Below, piece after piece: positions 47,488 to 58,397 of a DNA stretch of 64,000 nucleotides. The position numbers and the translations under genes were made by a program. Every line of letters starts with the position of its first letter. Within the stretch, counting starts at the first letter, position 1. Source of the stretch: Candidatus Woesearchaeota archaeon (lineage in GTDB: Archaea > Nanobdellota > Nanobdellia > SCGC-AAA011-G17 > UBA489). The DNA lies in assembly GCA_964343875.1 (NCBI GenBank), contig CAYFJW010000002.1:6797-70796 (forward strand), read 5' to 3'. The notes beneath the pieces are model-generated. The model had not been told where the DNA came from. It ran no database searches and saw only the letters and a list, made by a program, of their open reading frames with translations.

Positions 47488-48390
47488 TTATTTCTTCTCA
47501 ATTACAGCAACAAAGAAACCATTAGTGTCATAATATTGTGGCCAAATCTTAATATAATCTTTCAAACTGCTCTTAACTCTGTAACCATTAACCCTGGGAG
47601 CCTTAATCAACTTTAACTCCTTATGCTCATCTAAGAAATCTTTAATCAACAATTCATCCTCTTCAGGCTCCATACTGCATGTTGAATAAACAATCCTTCC
47701 ATGTTTCCTTAAACACTTACTAGCAGATTCCAACATCCATCTTTGTTTCTTAGAATATCTATTTATTATCTTTGGATTCCATTCTCTCAACAACTTCTTG
47801 GTCCTGGCAATCTTACCTTTAATCAGCCCGCTCCCAGTACAAGGGGCATCAATTAAAACTGCATCAAACTTTTCATTGTTAACATAATCTTCACCTTTTT
47901 GAACATCCAAAACCACATTATTAACCCCGCATCTTTCTAAATTTATCTTCAATATTCTCCGTCTAAAACTATTTGGTTCATTTGCAACTAAATATCCCTT
48001 GTTATGCATTAAACAAGCTAAATGGTGGGTCTTTCCACCAGGAGCAGCACACAAATCCAAAACTTTAGCCTTTCCAGAAACCCCCATTAACAATGACGGG
48101 ATCATACTAGGGGCCCCCTGAGAAAAAAACATTCCATCCTTATGTTGCTTAGTGTTGCCAATATCTCTCCTACCTGTAGAATGTTCAATAAAGAATCCTT
48201 CTTTACACCAAGGGACTTGCCTTAAAATCCAACCATCTTTCTCTAAACTATTCTTAACCTCCTTAATAGAATAACCCAAGGTATTAACTCTAATACTTTT
48301 TCTAGCAAAAGTCCTAACAACAGATTCCTTATACTCTTCAAAGTCTATTAACTTCTTATATTTTTCAACAAACTTATCTTTAAACTTCAT
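47488..48390 (-). CDS. NOL1/NOP2/Sun-family RNA cytosine-C5 methyltransferase
   Basis: VLDLCAAPGGKT SAM motif and DAPCTGSG catalytic motif. Confidence 0.8.
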   Translation of the reverse strand: MKFKDKFVEKYKKLIDFEEYKESVVRTFARKSIRVNTLGYSIKEVKNSLEKDGWILRQVPWCKEGFFIEHSTGRRDIGNTKQHKDGMFFSQGAPSMIPSLLMGVSGKAKVLDLCAAPGGKTHHLACLMHNKGYLVANEPNSFRRRILKINLERCGVNNVVLDVQKGEDYVNNEKFDAVLIDAPCTGSGLIKGKIARTKKLLREWNPKIINRYSKKQRWMLESASKCLRKHGRIVYSTCSMEPEEDELLIKDFLDEHKELKLIKAPRVNGYRVKSSLKDYIKIWPQYYDTNGFFVAVIEKK

Positions 48391-49397
48391 CTTATAAAAT
48401 CAATTAATGGAACATGTTCCACCCCAATCTTACCAACGTATAACTTCTTTAAATTTCCACCGTTTTCTACAAAATCTTTAACCTTCAAGAAACCCTTCAA
48501 ATAAATGTGGTCTTTAGTAAACCCTCCCGGCTTAGAGGTATCTTTCAACCCCCTCTTAGACCTTAAGGCCAAAATCCAGGCATCATTCTTTGGGAAATAC
48601 TCTAACAAACAATTATACACTGTACAAAAGCTACCCTTCAAGCTCATACTATTTGCAATAACTCTCCCAGCATACCCCTTCAATATTCTAGGCGACAACA
48701 ATCCACATTTATACTCATTATACGCTGCTAACCCTTCTTCAGTCTCCAAATAACCTGGAAAGCCAAAGGAAAACATCTTATACTTCTGTTTTTTACCATT
48801 CTCAAACCTTCTTACATGTGTTCCAATCTCATGTACAATCAACCTGTTTACGTCACTTTCACTAAAATCCCTCTCTTCATTCAAAACCAATGTTCTCCTT
48901 TTAGTACTAATCGCAGCACTAGCAACCATTTCCTTATGTTTAACATCCCAGTTATAATTCTTCATCCTGAACTCATCTAAGAATTTCTTCTGCATTGACA
49001 ACTTAGAATATCTTTTCCACACTTCTTCCTCATCAATTTTTAATATTTTTTTAGCTTCCCTAACTAAATCCAAATTAGGCTTCCCATAAATCTTAACAGA
49101 ATAATCAGTAAACTCCTTTTTGCCAACATTCTTAACCATCATCAATACATTATAAAATTCAATAATCTTCTTTCTTAACAACTGTCCATAAATGGAATTA
49201 TCTGACTTTAAGGACAATAAAACTTTTTCAACACTATTCAAACCTTTCTTTGTAGGATTATACTTAAATTTTGGATTATAATTATTATCCTTAAAGACCT
49301 TCTTTCTTTCTTCACTCACATTTATTGGGCTAAAATAAGAATTTCCAATCTTACCAGAAATTACTGCCAAGTCCCTATCTACTTTTTTCAGAAGCAT
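48387..49397 (-). CDS. DUF1704 / QEGLA-motif putative metalloprotease
   Basis: HEIGTH HExxH motif plus TEEGLAAY (QEGLA-like) motif. Confidence 0.5.
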   Translation of the reverse strand: MLLKKVDRDLAVISGKIGNSYFSPINVSEERKKVFKDNNYNPKFKYNPTKKGLNSVEKVLLSLKSDNSIYGQLLRKKIIEFYNVLMMVKNVGKKEFTDYSVKIYGKPNLDLVREAKKILKIDEEEVWKRYSKLSMQKKFLDEFRMKNYNWDVKHKEMVASAAISTKRRTLVLNEERDFSESDVNRLIVHEIGTHVRRFENGKKQKYKMFSFGFPGYLETEEGLAAYNEYKCGLLSPRILKGYAGRVIANSMSLKGSFCTVYNCLLEYFPKNDAWILALRSKRGLKDTSKPGGFTKDHIYLKGFLKVKDFVENGGNLKKLYVGKIGVEHVPLIDFIR

Positions 49398-49428
49398 TAA
49401 ATTAATTTTTGTTAGTAACTTAAATATT

Positions 49429-49626
49429 TTATTGCTTTACTTCAACATCTTCCTCAGCAATAATTGGGCCCATATAACCGCAGTCCTTACAGTGATAAAC
49501 CCCAGTCAATCCCCCCGCATAGAAATCAATGCTTGTAGAACCACATTTAGGACATTTCTTGATTGTGACCATACTATATTTGAAACAATAATCTTTAAAT
49601 ATGCTCTCTAAGACTTTCAAGAACAA
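49429..49626 (-). CDS. small zinc-ribbon protein
   Basis: CPKCG ... CKDCG pairs. Confidence 0.4.
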   Translation of the reverse strand: MFLKVLESIFKDYCFKYSMVTIKKCPKCGSTSIDFYAGGLTGVYHCKDCGYMGPIIAEEDVEVKQ

Positions 49627-49699
49627 GAGCCAGTGGTCTAGTGGCTATGACAGCGGCCTTACAAGCCGTTGATCGGAGGTTCGAGTCCTCCCTGGCTCA
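49627..49699 (+). tRNA. tRNA-Val (anticodon TAC)
   Basis: Acceptor gagccag/ctggctc, anticodon loop ctTACaa, T-loop ttcgagtcc; no CCA. Confidence 0.8.
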
Positions 49700-49882
49700 C
49701 TCTTTTAACAAGATTTAAATAAAAAACAGCACAGTACGAAACGCATGTAAAAAGGGGTTTTGTTTGGTCTTACACTCCCATTTATTACCTCAGCATTTCT
49801 TGCATCAGAACATATTAATAAAGGAAATATATCGGGCATCGGACTCTACGCCACAGAAAAAGATTTAGGTCTTTGAAGAACA

Positions 49883-50956
49883 TTACTTAAACAAATAAAG
49901 ATATTCCCCATAACCTTCTTCTTCCATTTTGTCTTTAGGAACAAACCTTAATGCAGCAGAGTTTAAACAATACCTCACACCCGTCGGTTCTGGACCATCA
50001 TTAAAGATATGCCCTAAATGTGAATCCCCATGTTTACTTCTAACTTCCGTCCTAGGGATAAATAATTTATAATCTTTTAATTCAACCACGTTTTCAGGGG
50101 CTAGTGGCTTAGTAAAGCTTGGCCAACCAGTTCCACTCTTAAATTTATCTTTTGAGCTAAATAAAGGCTCACCTGAAACAAAATCCACATAGATTCCCTC
50201 CTCTTCATTGTCCCAATAATCATTTTCAAATGCCCCTTCGGTGCCATTTTCCACAATAACTTCATACTGTAACGGCGTTAATATTCTCTTAAGCTCTTCA
50301 TCACTTGGTTTAGAGTACTTCTCCTCATTAACAGAAAAGGATTTACCTTCCCATACATTTTCTAAGAATTGGTCCCTTCCAGAGTTATGCCTATAAAACT
50401 TATACCTTACAGGATTCCTCTTGTAATAGTCCTGATGGTAATCCTCCGCTACATAAAAGTTCTCAAACTTATTTATTCCCACAACAACGGGTTTGTCAAA
50501 CACACCTGAGGCATCTAGCTTTCTCTTCGAAGCCTCAGCTAATTCTTTCTGTTCTTCATCATGATAAAATATCTCAGGTCTATACTGCCTCCCTCTATCA
50601 ACAAACTGACCTTCAGCATCCGTAGGGTCAATATGTGTCCAAAAAACATCTAACAGATCACTATAAGACACAATCCTAGGATCAAATTTAACTTGTATTG
50701 ATTCAGTATGCTCCGTTGATCCAGAAGAAACCTCCTTGTAAGTTGGATTTTCCTCACTTCCACCGCTAAATCCAGAAACCACATCTAACACACCATCTAT
50801 CTTTTCAAAATCGGATTCAGTACACCAAAAACACCCACCTGCAAAAGTAGCTAGATGGTATTCTCCTTCCGGTATCTCATTTTTTTCAATTTCCATTTTT
50901 TGACAACCCGCCATAAAAATAACTAATACAAGCAAAAGTAGTATCTTTTTCACCAC
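49883..50956 (-). CDS. msrAB: fused peptide methionine sulfoxide reductase MsrA-MsrB, lipoprotein
   Basis: Lipobox LVIFMAGC; MsrA GGCFWC motif; C-terminal MsrB/Sel[10 protein letters not shown] motif. Confidence 0.85.
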   Translation of the reverse strand: MVKKILLLLVLVIFMAGCQKMEIEKNEIPEGEYHLATFAGGCFWCTESDFEKIDGVLDVVSGFSGGSEENPTYKEVSSGSTEHTESIQVKFDPRIVSYSDLLDVFWTHIDPTDAEGQFVDRGRQYRPEIFYHDEEQKELAEASKRKLDASGVFDKPVVVGINKFENFYVAEDYHQDYYKRNPVRYKFYRHNSGRDQFLENVWEGKSFSVNEEKYSKPSDEELKRILTPLQYEVIVENGTEGAFENDYWDNEEEGIYVDFVSGEPLFSSKDKFKSGTGWPSFTKPLAPENVVELKDYKLFIPRTEVRSKHGDSHLGHIFNDGPEPTGVRYCLNSAALRFVPKDKMEEEGYGEYLYLFK

Positions 50957-50990
50957 ATTATCAAGGAGACTGCCTTTATTAATCTTAGTT

Positions 50991-51572
50991 TTAAGATTGC
51001 TTTAAGAATTCCTCAATTTCTTCCTTGGAAACAGCACCTTCTCTCAAAACTTTTCCGCTTCTCGCATCAACTAAAGTGCTAACCTTAACATTCTCGTTCA
51101 AATCCCCAGAATCAATAATTCCATCTACTTGATCCCCAAACTGTTCTCTAACGGATTTAATATCATACAGCGGCCCTTCCCCATGAATATTCACAGAAGT
51201 AGTAATAATCGCAGACCCAAAATCTTCAACAAGTTTATTCGCAATTTCATTATTTAAAACCCTAAAAGCAATACCTTCCTTACTCAAATAATCAAATCCT
51301 TCCTTTTTATCAACAATTAACGTCACCCCCCTTCCTTTAAAATTCTCAAGTAACTTAATTGCAATCTCATTCAAATCTCCAAAAGTTTTTGCTTGATTAA
51401 CATCAAAAACATTTAGAATAAAGGCCTTGCCTTTTTCCTCTTTCTTTATTTCATGAACCCTATTAACTGCTTCTTCATTCCTTGCATCACAACCAAAAGA
51501 GTAACAACTCTCAGAAGGATAAATTATTACTCCTCCATTCCTTAAACATTCCATAGCTTCTTGGATATCCAT
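50991..51572 (-). CDS. tsaC: L-threonylcarbamoyladenylate synthase (Sua5/YrdC family)
   Basis: YrdC-domain N-terminus [18 protein letters not shown]. Confidence 0.8.
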   Translation of the reverse strand: MDIQEAMECLRNGGVIIYPSESCYSFGCDARNEEAVNRVHEIKKEEKGKAFILNVFDVNQAKTFGDLNEIAIKLLENFKGRGVTLIVDKKEGFDYLSKEGIAFRVLNNEIANKLVEDFGSAIITTSVNIHGEGPLYDIKSVREQFGDQVDGIIDSGDLNENVKVSTLVDARSGKVLREGAVSKEEIEEFLKQS

Positions 51573-51607
51573 AAGAAGAACTGAAAAGAAGTTATATTAA
51601 AATCCTT

Positions 51608-52627
51608 CTAAACATCATATTTCAACCCCTGAACTCCCGTAAAGTCAAGGGGTGTCTGAGGATTAGGTCTTCTCTTATCCACTGGTTTTCCATCTTCTAC
51701 TAAAACAAATGTTCCACTGGCGTTTCCTAAACTAGCAGCCCTAACACAAAGCCCACTTGCAGCAGGAGACAAAGGACAGTAAGTTTTACAATGATACATG
51801 TCCTGCCTAACACAACCCTTTGAACCAATAATCCACATAGCGGCATCAATATCTTCTGGGGGAATACCAATCCGTCTAAACGCCATAGTATATCTACTCT
51901 GTAAAAATCTACCAATGGTATACATATGAACAAAATCTCCACTTGTAGTCACAGCCTCAGTGTTCAAAGGTATCGCAGCCTTATGTCTATCAATTTTATT
52001 TTCTAATTTTTCCGCATCCGTCGGAGAAACAATTCTTCTGCCATGCAACTCAGTTATTAACAATCTAGATAAACCGGGTCCAAACCCATCCAATCTCTCC
52101 AACCTTTTGATTACCCTTCTAACACTCGCCCCTTCAACAACATTCCTCACATCCCCACCATATTGATCCATCATAACTTGTGCATTATTCCAATAACCTT
52201 CTCCCGCACTCATTTCAGGAGTGACCGGTAATGCATGATTGAAACAATAGGCCAAAGCATCTTCAACAGTAGCGATAGAACCTCTAACAACTTCATGCGG
52301 ATCAAACAACCATCTTGTGCCTTCGTCTTCCCATGCCTTTCTAGCAAGTTCTCCAAGTCTAGTTGACAATGATAATCGATCTAAAGAAACCCTTGTAAAA
52401 ATCCACCTTGCAGCTTCTCTTGGATTAGCAACTTCCCTTCTTCTCGGATCATGCTCCATTACCTCCGGTAAATTCCACTCAGGCAAATATCTTCTTCTCC
52501 AATCTCCCCAGAAAAAACCTTTTTCTTCAACAACTGCCTTTTCAACAGCCTTTAAAACTCTCAAAAATCTGTCCTGGTCAAAAGATAGTTTCTTCCTAGC
52601 CATAACTGTCCCCCGAATAAATCCCAA
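51608..52627 (-). CDS. hypothetical protein (GC-rich, possibly helix-hairpin-helix)
   Basis: 339-aa ORF, ~45% GC vs ~33% background; LDGFGPGLSRLLITEL HhH-like segment; weak. Confidence 0.35.
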   Translation of the reverse strand: MGFIRGTVMARKKLSFDQDRFLRVLKAVEKAVVEEKGFFWGDWRRRYLPEWNLPEVMEHDPRRREVANPREAARWIFTRVSLDRLSLSTRLGELARKAWEDEGTRWLFDPHEVVRGSIATVEDALAYCFNHALPVTPEMSAGEGYWNNAQVMMDQYGGDVRNVVEGASVRRVIKRLERLDGFGPGLSRLLITELHGRRIVSPTDAEKLENKIDRHKAAIPLNTEAVTTSGDFVHMYTIGRFLQSRYTMAFRRIGIPPEDIDAAMWIIGSKGCVRQDMYHCKTYCPLSPAASGLCVRAASLGNASGTFVLVEDGKPVDKRRPNPQTPLDFTGVQGLKYDV

Positions 52628-52676
52628 AAGAAGAGATTAAAAGATTTTATGTATTTCAGTTAAATGGATTTATAAA

Positions 52677-54212
52677 TTACTCCATCTTCCAATCTTTCCA
52701 GGTTCTATCAACATCTAGAGAAAGATCTTCACCTTTTTCTTGTAATCCTCTCTGCATCCAACTAACTCCAGAATGAGAATACTTTCCTTCTTTAAAATAA
52801 TCAACTTTAGCTAACATTGAACCATCTACAGTCACGGAATTACTTCCATAAAAGACAGCAAGAGTATCATCCCTTCCATTCCTATCTGAATCCATAGCCA
52901 TAACATAGAACCTAAAGAACCCATCTCCAGGCTTACCTTCACTATCAGGCAAATAGATCACTTTGGTTCCATCTTCAATTCTTTGTGCAACCCTACTTCC
53001 GCTATAAAGCTCACCTTTAGCAAGAATATTACTTCCATCTCCTTCATTAGATTCATAATCAAAATCATCAAATCTCTCACCAGCAATTAACTCTTCCAAA
53101 CTCGGCAATCCTAAGACTGTTGGTTCTCTTCCATTCAAAAATCCTTTTCCGACATCATTTGTATTTCCTCTATCTCCAAAGTAGATACTTGCAGTTCTTT
53201 CGGTAGTTACACCAACATCAGCACCAGTTTCAACTCTAGCAACATCAGGTGCTAAATACTGCAATGCAGAAGCCGCACTTACAGGTACAATTGTACCCTT
53301 AAATTCCGGGTCATTAACTATTCCATACAATGTTTCAATTGCTTTTTCCCTTGGAAGAGACGTTGCCATATTCCCAAGTAAAGCAGCAGTATACAATTCA
53401 TACTCCAAACCATTCGGTTTTTCAAACCTGGTTGCATATTCCCTCAACTTCTCAGGAGAAATTCCAACATCAAGTAAATCTTTTGCTAGAATAACTGAAT
53501 TAGGATCTATATCTTTAAAATCAGAACCAAAACCAAGCAAAAACTCTCCAGTTTGTAATCTCTTCTGAGCACCATGGTAATGCCCTCTTAAAACCAAATC
53601 ATCATCACTTTCTAATTGCCTTTCCAATATTCCCATCTCTCTTCTATCAGATCTTACTTCCTTCTCCAAAGTAGACATATCTTTATCTTCATCAAATCCA
53701 TGTTGTGCTTCATGCCCCATAATTGAAGGAAATGTTTTAGGATTCTTTATTCCACCATTATCTGCAACAATATCAATTGCAACAATACCTTCTCCGAGAT
53801 GAAGACCATTTACATCCCTACCTTCCTTAGTAACGTCCGGAGAAAAGACAAACCATTCAGTATTATCTTTTACAAAACTTGCACTTTCAGCACTCATTAA
53901 ATCAAAGTAAGGGCTTAGTAAAGGAGAACTCCTATGGATTGCAGTCACACCATTGGAATTAATTCCTGTAGGAACATAAGTTTCCTTATCACCAACAAAT
54001 AATTCAGTAACTCCTCTTTCCCTCGCTTCATCTACAATATCATTCGCAACCCCAACTATCTCTGGCTGGTTATAATTACCCATAAGTTTATTGAAAAGCT
54101 TTTGAAGTCCATTAGTACTCGCCGCCAAAGTAAGCGCCGCTACGGATGCTCCTATTGCTACAGCCCTCAATTTCTTGTTGGACTTTACTCGGGTTTTATC
54201 GGATAACAACAT
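52677..54212 (-). CDS. secreted protein with HExxH motif (putative metalloprotease)
   Basis: Signal/anchor AVAIGASVAALTLAAS; IMGHEAQHG zinc-binding motif. Confidence 0.45.
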   Translation of the reverse strand: MLLSDKTRVKSNKKLRAVAIGASVAALTLAASTNGLQKLFNKLMGNYNQPEIVGVANDIVDEARERGVTELFVGDKETYVPTGINSNGVTAIHRSSPLLSPYFDLMSAESASFVKDNTEWFVFSPDVTKEGRDVNGLHLGEGIVAIDIVADNGGIKNPKTFPSIMGHEAQHGFDEDKDMSTLEKEVRSDRREMGILERQLESDDDLVLRGHYHGAQKRLQTGEFLLGFGSDFKDIDPNSVILAKDLLDVGISPEKLREYATRFEKPNGLEYELYTAALLGNMATSLPREKAIETLYGIVNDPEFKGTIVPVSAASALQYLAPDVARVETGADVGVTTERTASIYFGDRGNTNDVGKGFLNGREPTVLGLPSLEELIAGERFDDFDYESNEGDGSNILAKGELYSGSRVAQRIEDGTKVIYLPDSEGKPGDGFFRFYVMAMDSDRNGRDDTLAVFYGSNSVTVDGSMLAKVDYFKEGKYSHSGVSWMQRGLQEKGEDLSLDVDRTWKDWKME

Positions 54213-54291
54213 ATAATCTTCTCCTAGAGTTATATCTCTACTTTTCAGAAATTAGCATTTTTAAACCTTTCTCCCTTGGAAGTGGTAAAAA

Positions 54292-54720
54292 TCAGTGATC
54301 TTTCAACAAATCACTACTATTTTGTATCTTCTCTCCCAACCCATCAACAATATCAATATTTAGCTCCCTACAAATCTTAGTTTCAGGAATCTCATGCACA
54401 AATCTATCTCCTCCTTTAGCAAAACACTTAGTCCCTTCTAACTTCTTACCTAATTCTTTAATAGATTCACAAACACTCTCATCCTTATCAACACTCACAA
54501 AAACATTATCAACAGATTTTAACTCTTTAACAATCACACATCTCTCATCTATATCCATAAATGGCTTGGAACCCTTAATCTTAACTTGTTCATCATTATT
54601 CATTATAACCCACAATTCCTTGCCTAATTTCCTAGCTAATTGTAGATATTCAACATGCCCCTTATGCAAGGGATTAAAGTATCCAGAACAAATCACAAAG
54701 TCGTAAGTCACAAAATACAC
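54292..54720 (-). CDS. cytidylyl/adenylyltransferase (HxGH nucleotidyltransferase superfamily)
   Basis: CSGYFNPLHKGHVEYL HxGH motif. Confidence 0.65.
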   Translation of the reverse strand: MYFVTYDFVICSGYFNPLHKGHVEYLQLARKLGKELWVIMNNDEQVKIKGSKPFMDIDERCVIVKELKSVDNVFVSVDKDESVCESIKELGKKLEGTKCFAKGGDRFVHEIPETKICRELNIDIVDGLGEKIQNSSDLLKDH

Positions 54721-54790
54721 AAAAATTAACAGTATTTATTTCTTTCTAATTTAAGGCAAAATATTTAAGTAAAAAATACACAAAAACCAG

Positions 54791-55666
54791 ATGAAAAAGA
54801 GCTTCATATTAACTTTAATCATAATTCTAGCCCTTGGTATGCTATTAACCGGCTGCGCTAACAAATCAAAAAATAATCAAAAAATAATCGAAAACAAAGA
54901 AACAAATGTCCCTTTAGAAAGAACAGGAGATCTAGATTTCTTAGAAGACTTTGAGGATCAAAGTCCAGACTTCAGAAATTGTGAAGCCTGTGATCCAAAC
55001 AACCTTGAAAGAAATATACTAATTGTAGATGACGTAGTAAGAAGCGGTGACTATGCAATGAAACTCACAATACATCCGGATGATATTACACAGGTTGCAG
55101 GAAAAAATAAAAAAAACAGATTAGAGGTAGCCTATGATAACTTAGATGAAGAGGGCTCTGAAATTTACTACGGTTGGAGTTTCTTAGTTCCAAAAGATAA
55201 CAAATTCAAACCAGAGGGAGGTTCAGGTTTCAATATTATTGGTCAATGGCACGATCGCCCAGACAAAAACAAAGGCGAAACAAGAGAACAGACCGCTGGA
55301 AAAAACCCCCCAATTGCAGTTTACATGGGAACATTAAATAATCAACCTGGAATAAGAATTAATTACGGTTTAAGGGATGTTAACGCGGGTGCTGTTGGAG
55401 ACTCTCCAATTGAATTAGGTAAGTGGAATGACATAGTGTTCCATATTAAATGGTCTCAAAAAGAAGATGGTTTTGTTGAAGTATTCCATAACGGAGAATC
55501 AATAACAGGTAAGGTTTATGGGCCAAACATGCACAATTCAGTTCCACATTACTGGAAAACAGGCTTCTACAGGGGTCTTGTGGGGGATGATAGTACTCTA
55601 ACAACAAATAGTATTTACATAGACGAAATTAGAATTGGACATTCCTATGAGGCTGTTGCCCCATAA
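54791..55666 (+). CDS. lipoprotein, possible concanavalin-like polysaccharide lyase or lectin fold
   Basis: Lipobox LLTGC; size and motifs (GQWHDRPD) suggestive only. Confidence 0.45.
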   Translation: MKKSFILTLIIILALGMLLTGCANKSKNNQKIIENKETNVPLERTGDLDFLEDFEDQSPDFRNCEACDPNNLERNILIVDDVVRSGDYAMKLTIHPDDITQVAGKNKKNRLEVAYDNLDEEGSEIYYGWSFLVPKDNKFKPEGGSGFNIIGQWHDRPDKNKGETREQTAGKNPPIAVYMGTLNNQPGIRINYGLRDVNAGAVGDSPIELGKWNDIVFHIKWSQKEDGFVEVFHNGESITGKVYGPNMHNSVPHYWKTGFYRGLVGDDSTLTTNSIYIDEIRIGHSYEAVAP

Positions 55667-55697
55667 TAAATCTTAAAAAAATAAATGGTGTGCGTAA

Positions 55698-56027
55698 TTA
55701 AACGCAAGCACCATTCTGGCAAGTTAGGTTCAGAGTTGTACAATCTTGTTTCCAAACGACGCCATATGTCTTATTTGATGTACTGTTATAGTAACAAGAT
55801 CCTTCAAAGACCGAAACATTATTGCCTGAACACTTATCCGTAAAAGAATAAGGTGAACCTGTTAAATTCAATCCGGAAATGGTTCCAGTTGAATTCGCAC
55901 CGAGATAGTTTATACCACCATCGGTATCACTGCATGTTTGGACTTCTTCATAATGATAAAGACTTGCCGCCCAAACTAAAACCGCGCCTAAAAGAACCGC
56001 GATTAGAACTGTAAAGATTTTTTTCAT
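55698..56027 (-). CDS. small secreted Cys-containing protein
   Basis: Signal peptide MKKIFTVLIAVLLGAVLVWAAS; N-x-S/T sequons. Confidence 0.4.
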   Translation of the reverse strand: MKKIFTVLIAVLLGAVLVWAASLYHYEEVQTCSDTDGGINYLGANSTGTISGLNLTGSPYSFTDKCSGNNVSVFEGSCYYNSTSNKTYGVVWKQDCTTLNLTCQNGACV

Positions 56028-56125
56028 GTTATCCTTCCAATGAATGGGATCGCAAAAACTTGATCATATATAAGCTTTCCTGCCACAAAATATTTATATA
56101 CTATCCAGAAAATTATTGAACCACT

Positions 56126-56199
56126 GCGGTAGTAGTATAGCCTGGTTATTACGGAGCGTTGCCAACGCTCTAACGAGGGTTCGAATCCCTCCTACCGCA
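56126..56199 (+). tRNA. tRNA-Gly (anticodon GCC)
   Basis: Acceptor gcggtag/ctaccgc, anticodon loop ttGCCaa, T-loop ttcgaatcc; no CCA. Confidence 0.8.
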
Positions 56200-56256
56200 C
56201 TGAATATTCCTCTCGATCACCAACTCAAACATCCATCCAAAAAGCCACCTGATTAT

Positions 56257-56652
56257 TTAACTTTCTTCTGATTGCCAGTATTCTCTCAGAGATTTTATTT
56301 TGTTGTTTTCAATTTCAATTATTGCTACTTCTTTGAGATGTATTTTTGCATTTTTTATGTTGCTATTAAATGAGGCATCCCATTCCGCAATTATAATATT
56401 TTCAACAATATAGCAATTTAATAGTTTGAATTTTATGTTTGATTGTTCTTCACAAACCTTAGACTTCCAATACTTTCTTATTTCTTCATGTCCTTTCATG
56501 GGTTCCTTAAGAACCCTTTCATGGTATATTCCGTCTTCATGGAAAATACTAATAATTTTATCAATATCTTGTTCTACCCATGCCTCTTCGTATATTTTGA
56601 GGATATTTTCAGCCGTAGATTTATTAACCATGTTTCTAATCCAATCTAACAA
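56257..56652 (-). CDS. SnoaL/NTF2-like superfamily protein
   Basis: Size and hydrophobic-pattern similarity to ketosteroid-isomerase-like proteins; weak. Confidence 0.45.
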   Translation of the reverse strand: MLDWIRNMVNKSTAENILKIYEEAWVEQDIDKIISIFHEDGIYHERVLKEPMKGHEEIRKYWKSKVCEEQSNIKFKLLNCYIVENIIIAEWDASFNSNIKNAKIHLKEVAIIEIENNKIKSLREYWQSEES

Positions 56653-56759
56653 TATAAAAAATTATTTAAATCTAATCCACGGTCGCCGCAGACTTTCCTT
56701 TAGTCTCTTTTAAAAGCCATAATTAAATTTATAAATAGTTAAACCTTTAACTCACTAAA

Positions 56760-57074
56760 ATGACTTTAAGCCCAAGATTAAACCCTAGAACAGATCCACA
56801 ACAAGTTAGAAGAGACAGAGACCTCCGTAAAGTAAAAGATTTAATCACATTTATTGAAAGTCAACCAGAGTTGAATTTAAGAGGCATAGCCGATGCATTT
56901 GGTAGAACATTGCAACCTAAAGAAGAATCTAAACCTAGGTCTCCAATATATGCAGAATTAGAGACATATCACGGAAAAATAGTCGATGCACTTGACCGTG
57001 ACAATGCAAATGTTTTTGAAAACAGGCAAGGGGTTTTAACTCACTTATATCGCATAAGAGATCGCGCCGCATAA
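56760..57074 (+). CDS. hypothetical protein
   Basis: ORF only. Confidence 0.3.
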   Translation: MTLSPRLNPRTDPQQVRRDRDLRKVKDLITFIESQPELNLRGIADAFGRTLQPKEESKPRSPIYAELETYHGKIVDALDRDNANVFENRQGVLTHLYRIRDRAA

Positions 57075-57174
57075 ATAATTCTAAATCAACATATGAACGG
57101 AAATAGTAGGAGAATGGTTTATGGGTACTGTTTCCCCACCAGAAACCAAATAATATTTAAAAATCCAAAGTAAA

Positions 57175-57699
57175 ATGAAATCAAATAGTAACCAAATCTG
57201 GAAGGAAATCACTATTTTCTCAGTTTTCTTCTTCGCAGTCCTTTTTTTAATATCTTTAATGTTTCCACACAATCTTGCAACAAGTGGATCTCCCGACCCA
57301 CTGAATATATCCAAAGGAGACCTTCTCTTCTATAAGAAAGGTTTTAGTCAAGGAGACCTTGTAATATTCAATATTATTCACAATGATGCAGTCGAGGTTG
57401 TATACATAAACAACACCCCCTCAGAAACAAATTACATTAACACTACAAACGTAGATCATTTTGGAATTGTCGAAGAGTATTCAAAAGAAACAGGCTCTGT
57501 GAAAGTTTATTCATTAATATACAATGAATGGCAAACAGGGTTTGATAAGTTGCCCACAGATATCAAAGAAAGCGATGTGAGGGGGAGAGTGGTTCTTAAG
57601 GCGAATCCAGCAACATTTTACAGCCTTCTCTTGATAGCCTCGCTCTTAATTTACACGCCCATCAAGAGAAAGATTTTTAAAAAGAGATCCCGGAACTAA
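57175..57699 (+). CDS. membrane protein, possible signal peptidase I (S26)-like
   Basis: N-terminal TM then TSGSPDPLNISKGDLLFY resembling the SGSMEP...GD S26 pattern; weak. Confidence 0.3.
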   Translation: MKSNSNQIWKEITIFSVFFFAVLFLISLMFPHNLATSGSPDPLNISKGDLLFYKKGFSQGDLVIFNIIHNDAVEVVYINNTPSETNYINTTNVDHFGIVEEYSKETGSVKVYSLIYNEWQTGFDKLPTDIKESDVRGRVVLKANPATFYSLLLIASLLIYTPIKRKIFKKRSRN

Positions 57700-57840
57700 A
57701 AAAATGTGCGGATTACATGAAATGGGATCTCAAGTAGGGTTCCTGTCAAGAGTTATAAACATTGCATATATCCAACTTCTCACAACAAGCTTTTTCCTAT
57801 CTTTGTTAGTTTTTAAAGCAGATAAATTCCTGAAGATAAA

Positions 57841-58251
57841 ATGAAACAAAATATCACACCGATAGACAGTTCTATATCCTTCTTAAGAATTACTCTTGGA
57901 ATCTTGTTTATCTTGCCTGGAATAGAAAAAATATTGTACATGGACATGACAATCACAATGTTGGGACTTCTTGGCTTTCCATTTTCATCACAATTAGCAT
58001 GGCTACTTGCACTATCTGAAATTATATTGGGATTTCTACTCCTAATTGGTTACAAGCTGAGGCTGATTATCTGGCCTCTGATGGCAATACTACTAGTCGC
58101 AACAACTACTCTAATATTCCCTGCCATGGGGAAGACAAGGGCGCTATCAGAACTAATCTTTGATATTAACCTCCTACTCCATTTTGTTGGTATTGCTGCA
58201 CTCTTTCTAATTTATTTATCTGATCCAAGGAAATCACTCTCAAAAGATTGA
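57841..58251 (+). CDS. DoxX family membrane protein
   Basis: FLRITLGILFILPGIEKIL DoxX signature. Confidence 0.7.
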   Translation: MKQNITPIDSSISFLRITLGILFILPGIEKILYMDMTITMLGLLGFPFSSQLAWLLALSEIILGFLLLIGYKLRLIIWPLMAILLVATTTLIFPAMGKTRALSELIFDINLLLHFVGIAALFLIYLSDPRKSLSKD

Positions 58252-58397
58252 TATCATAGCCCCATTAACTTCAATAATCTTAGCAATTCTAATAATCAAA
58301 GAAGCAATTCATCCAAGAATAATCATCGGCGGTATCCTGTTAATTATTGCAGGTAAATACCTAGAAAAGCATAAATGTAAAGAAAAGAAACACAAGC

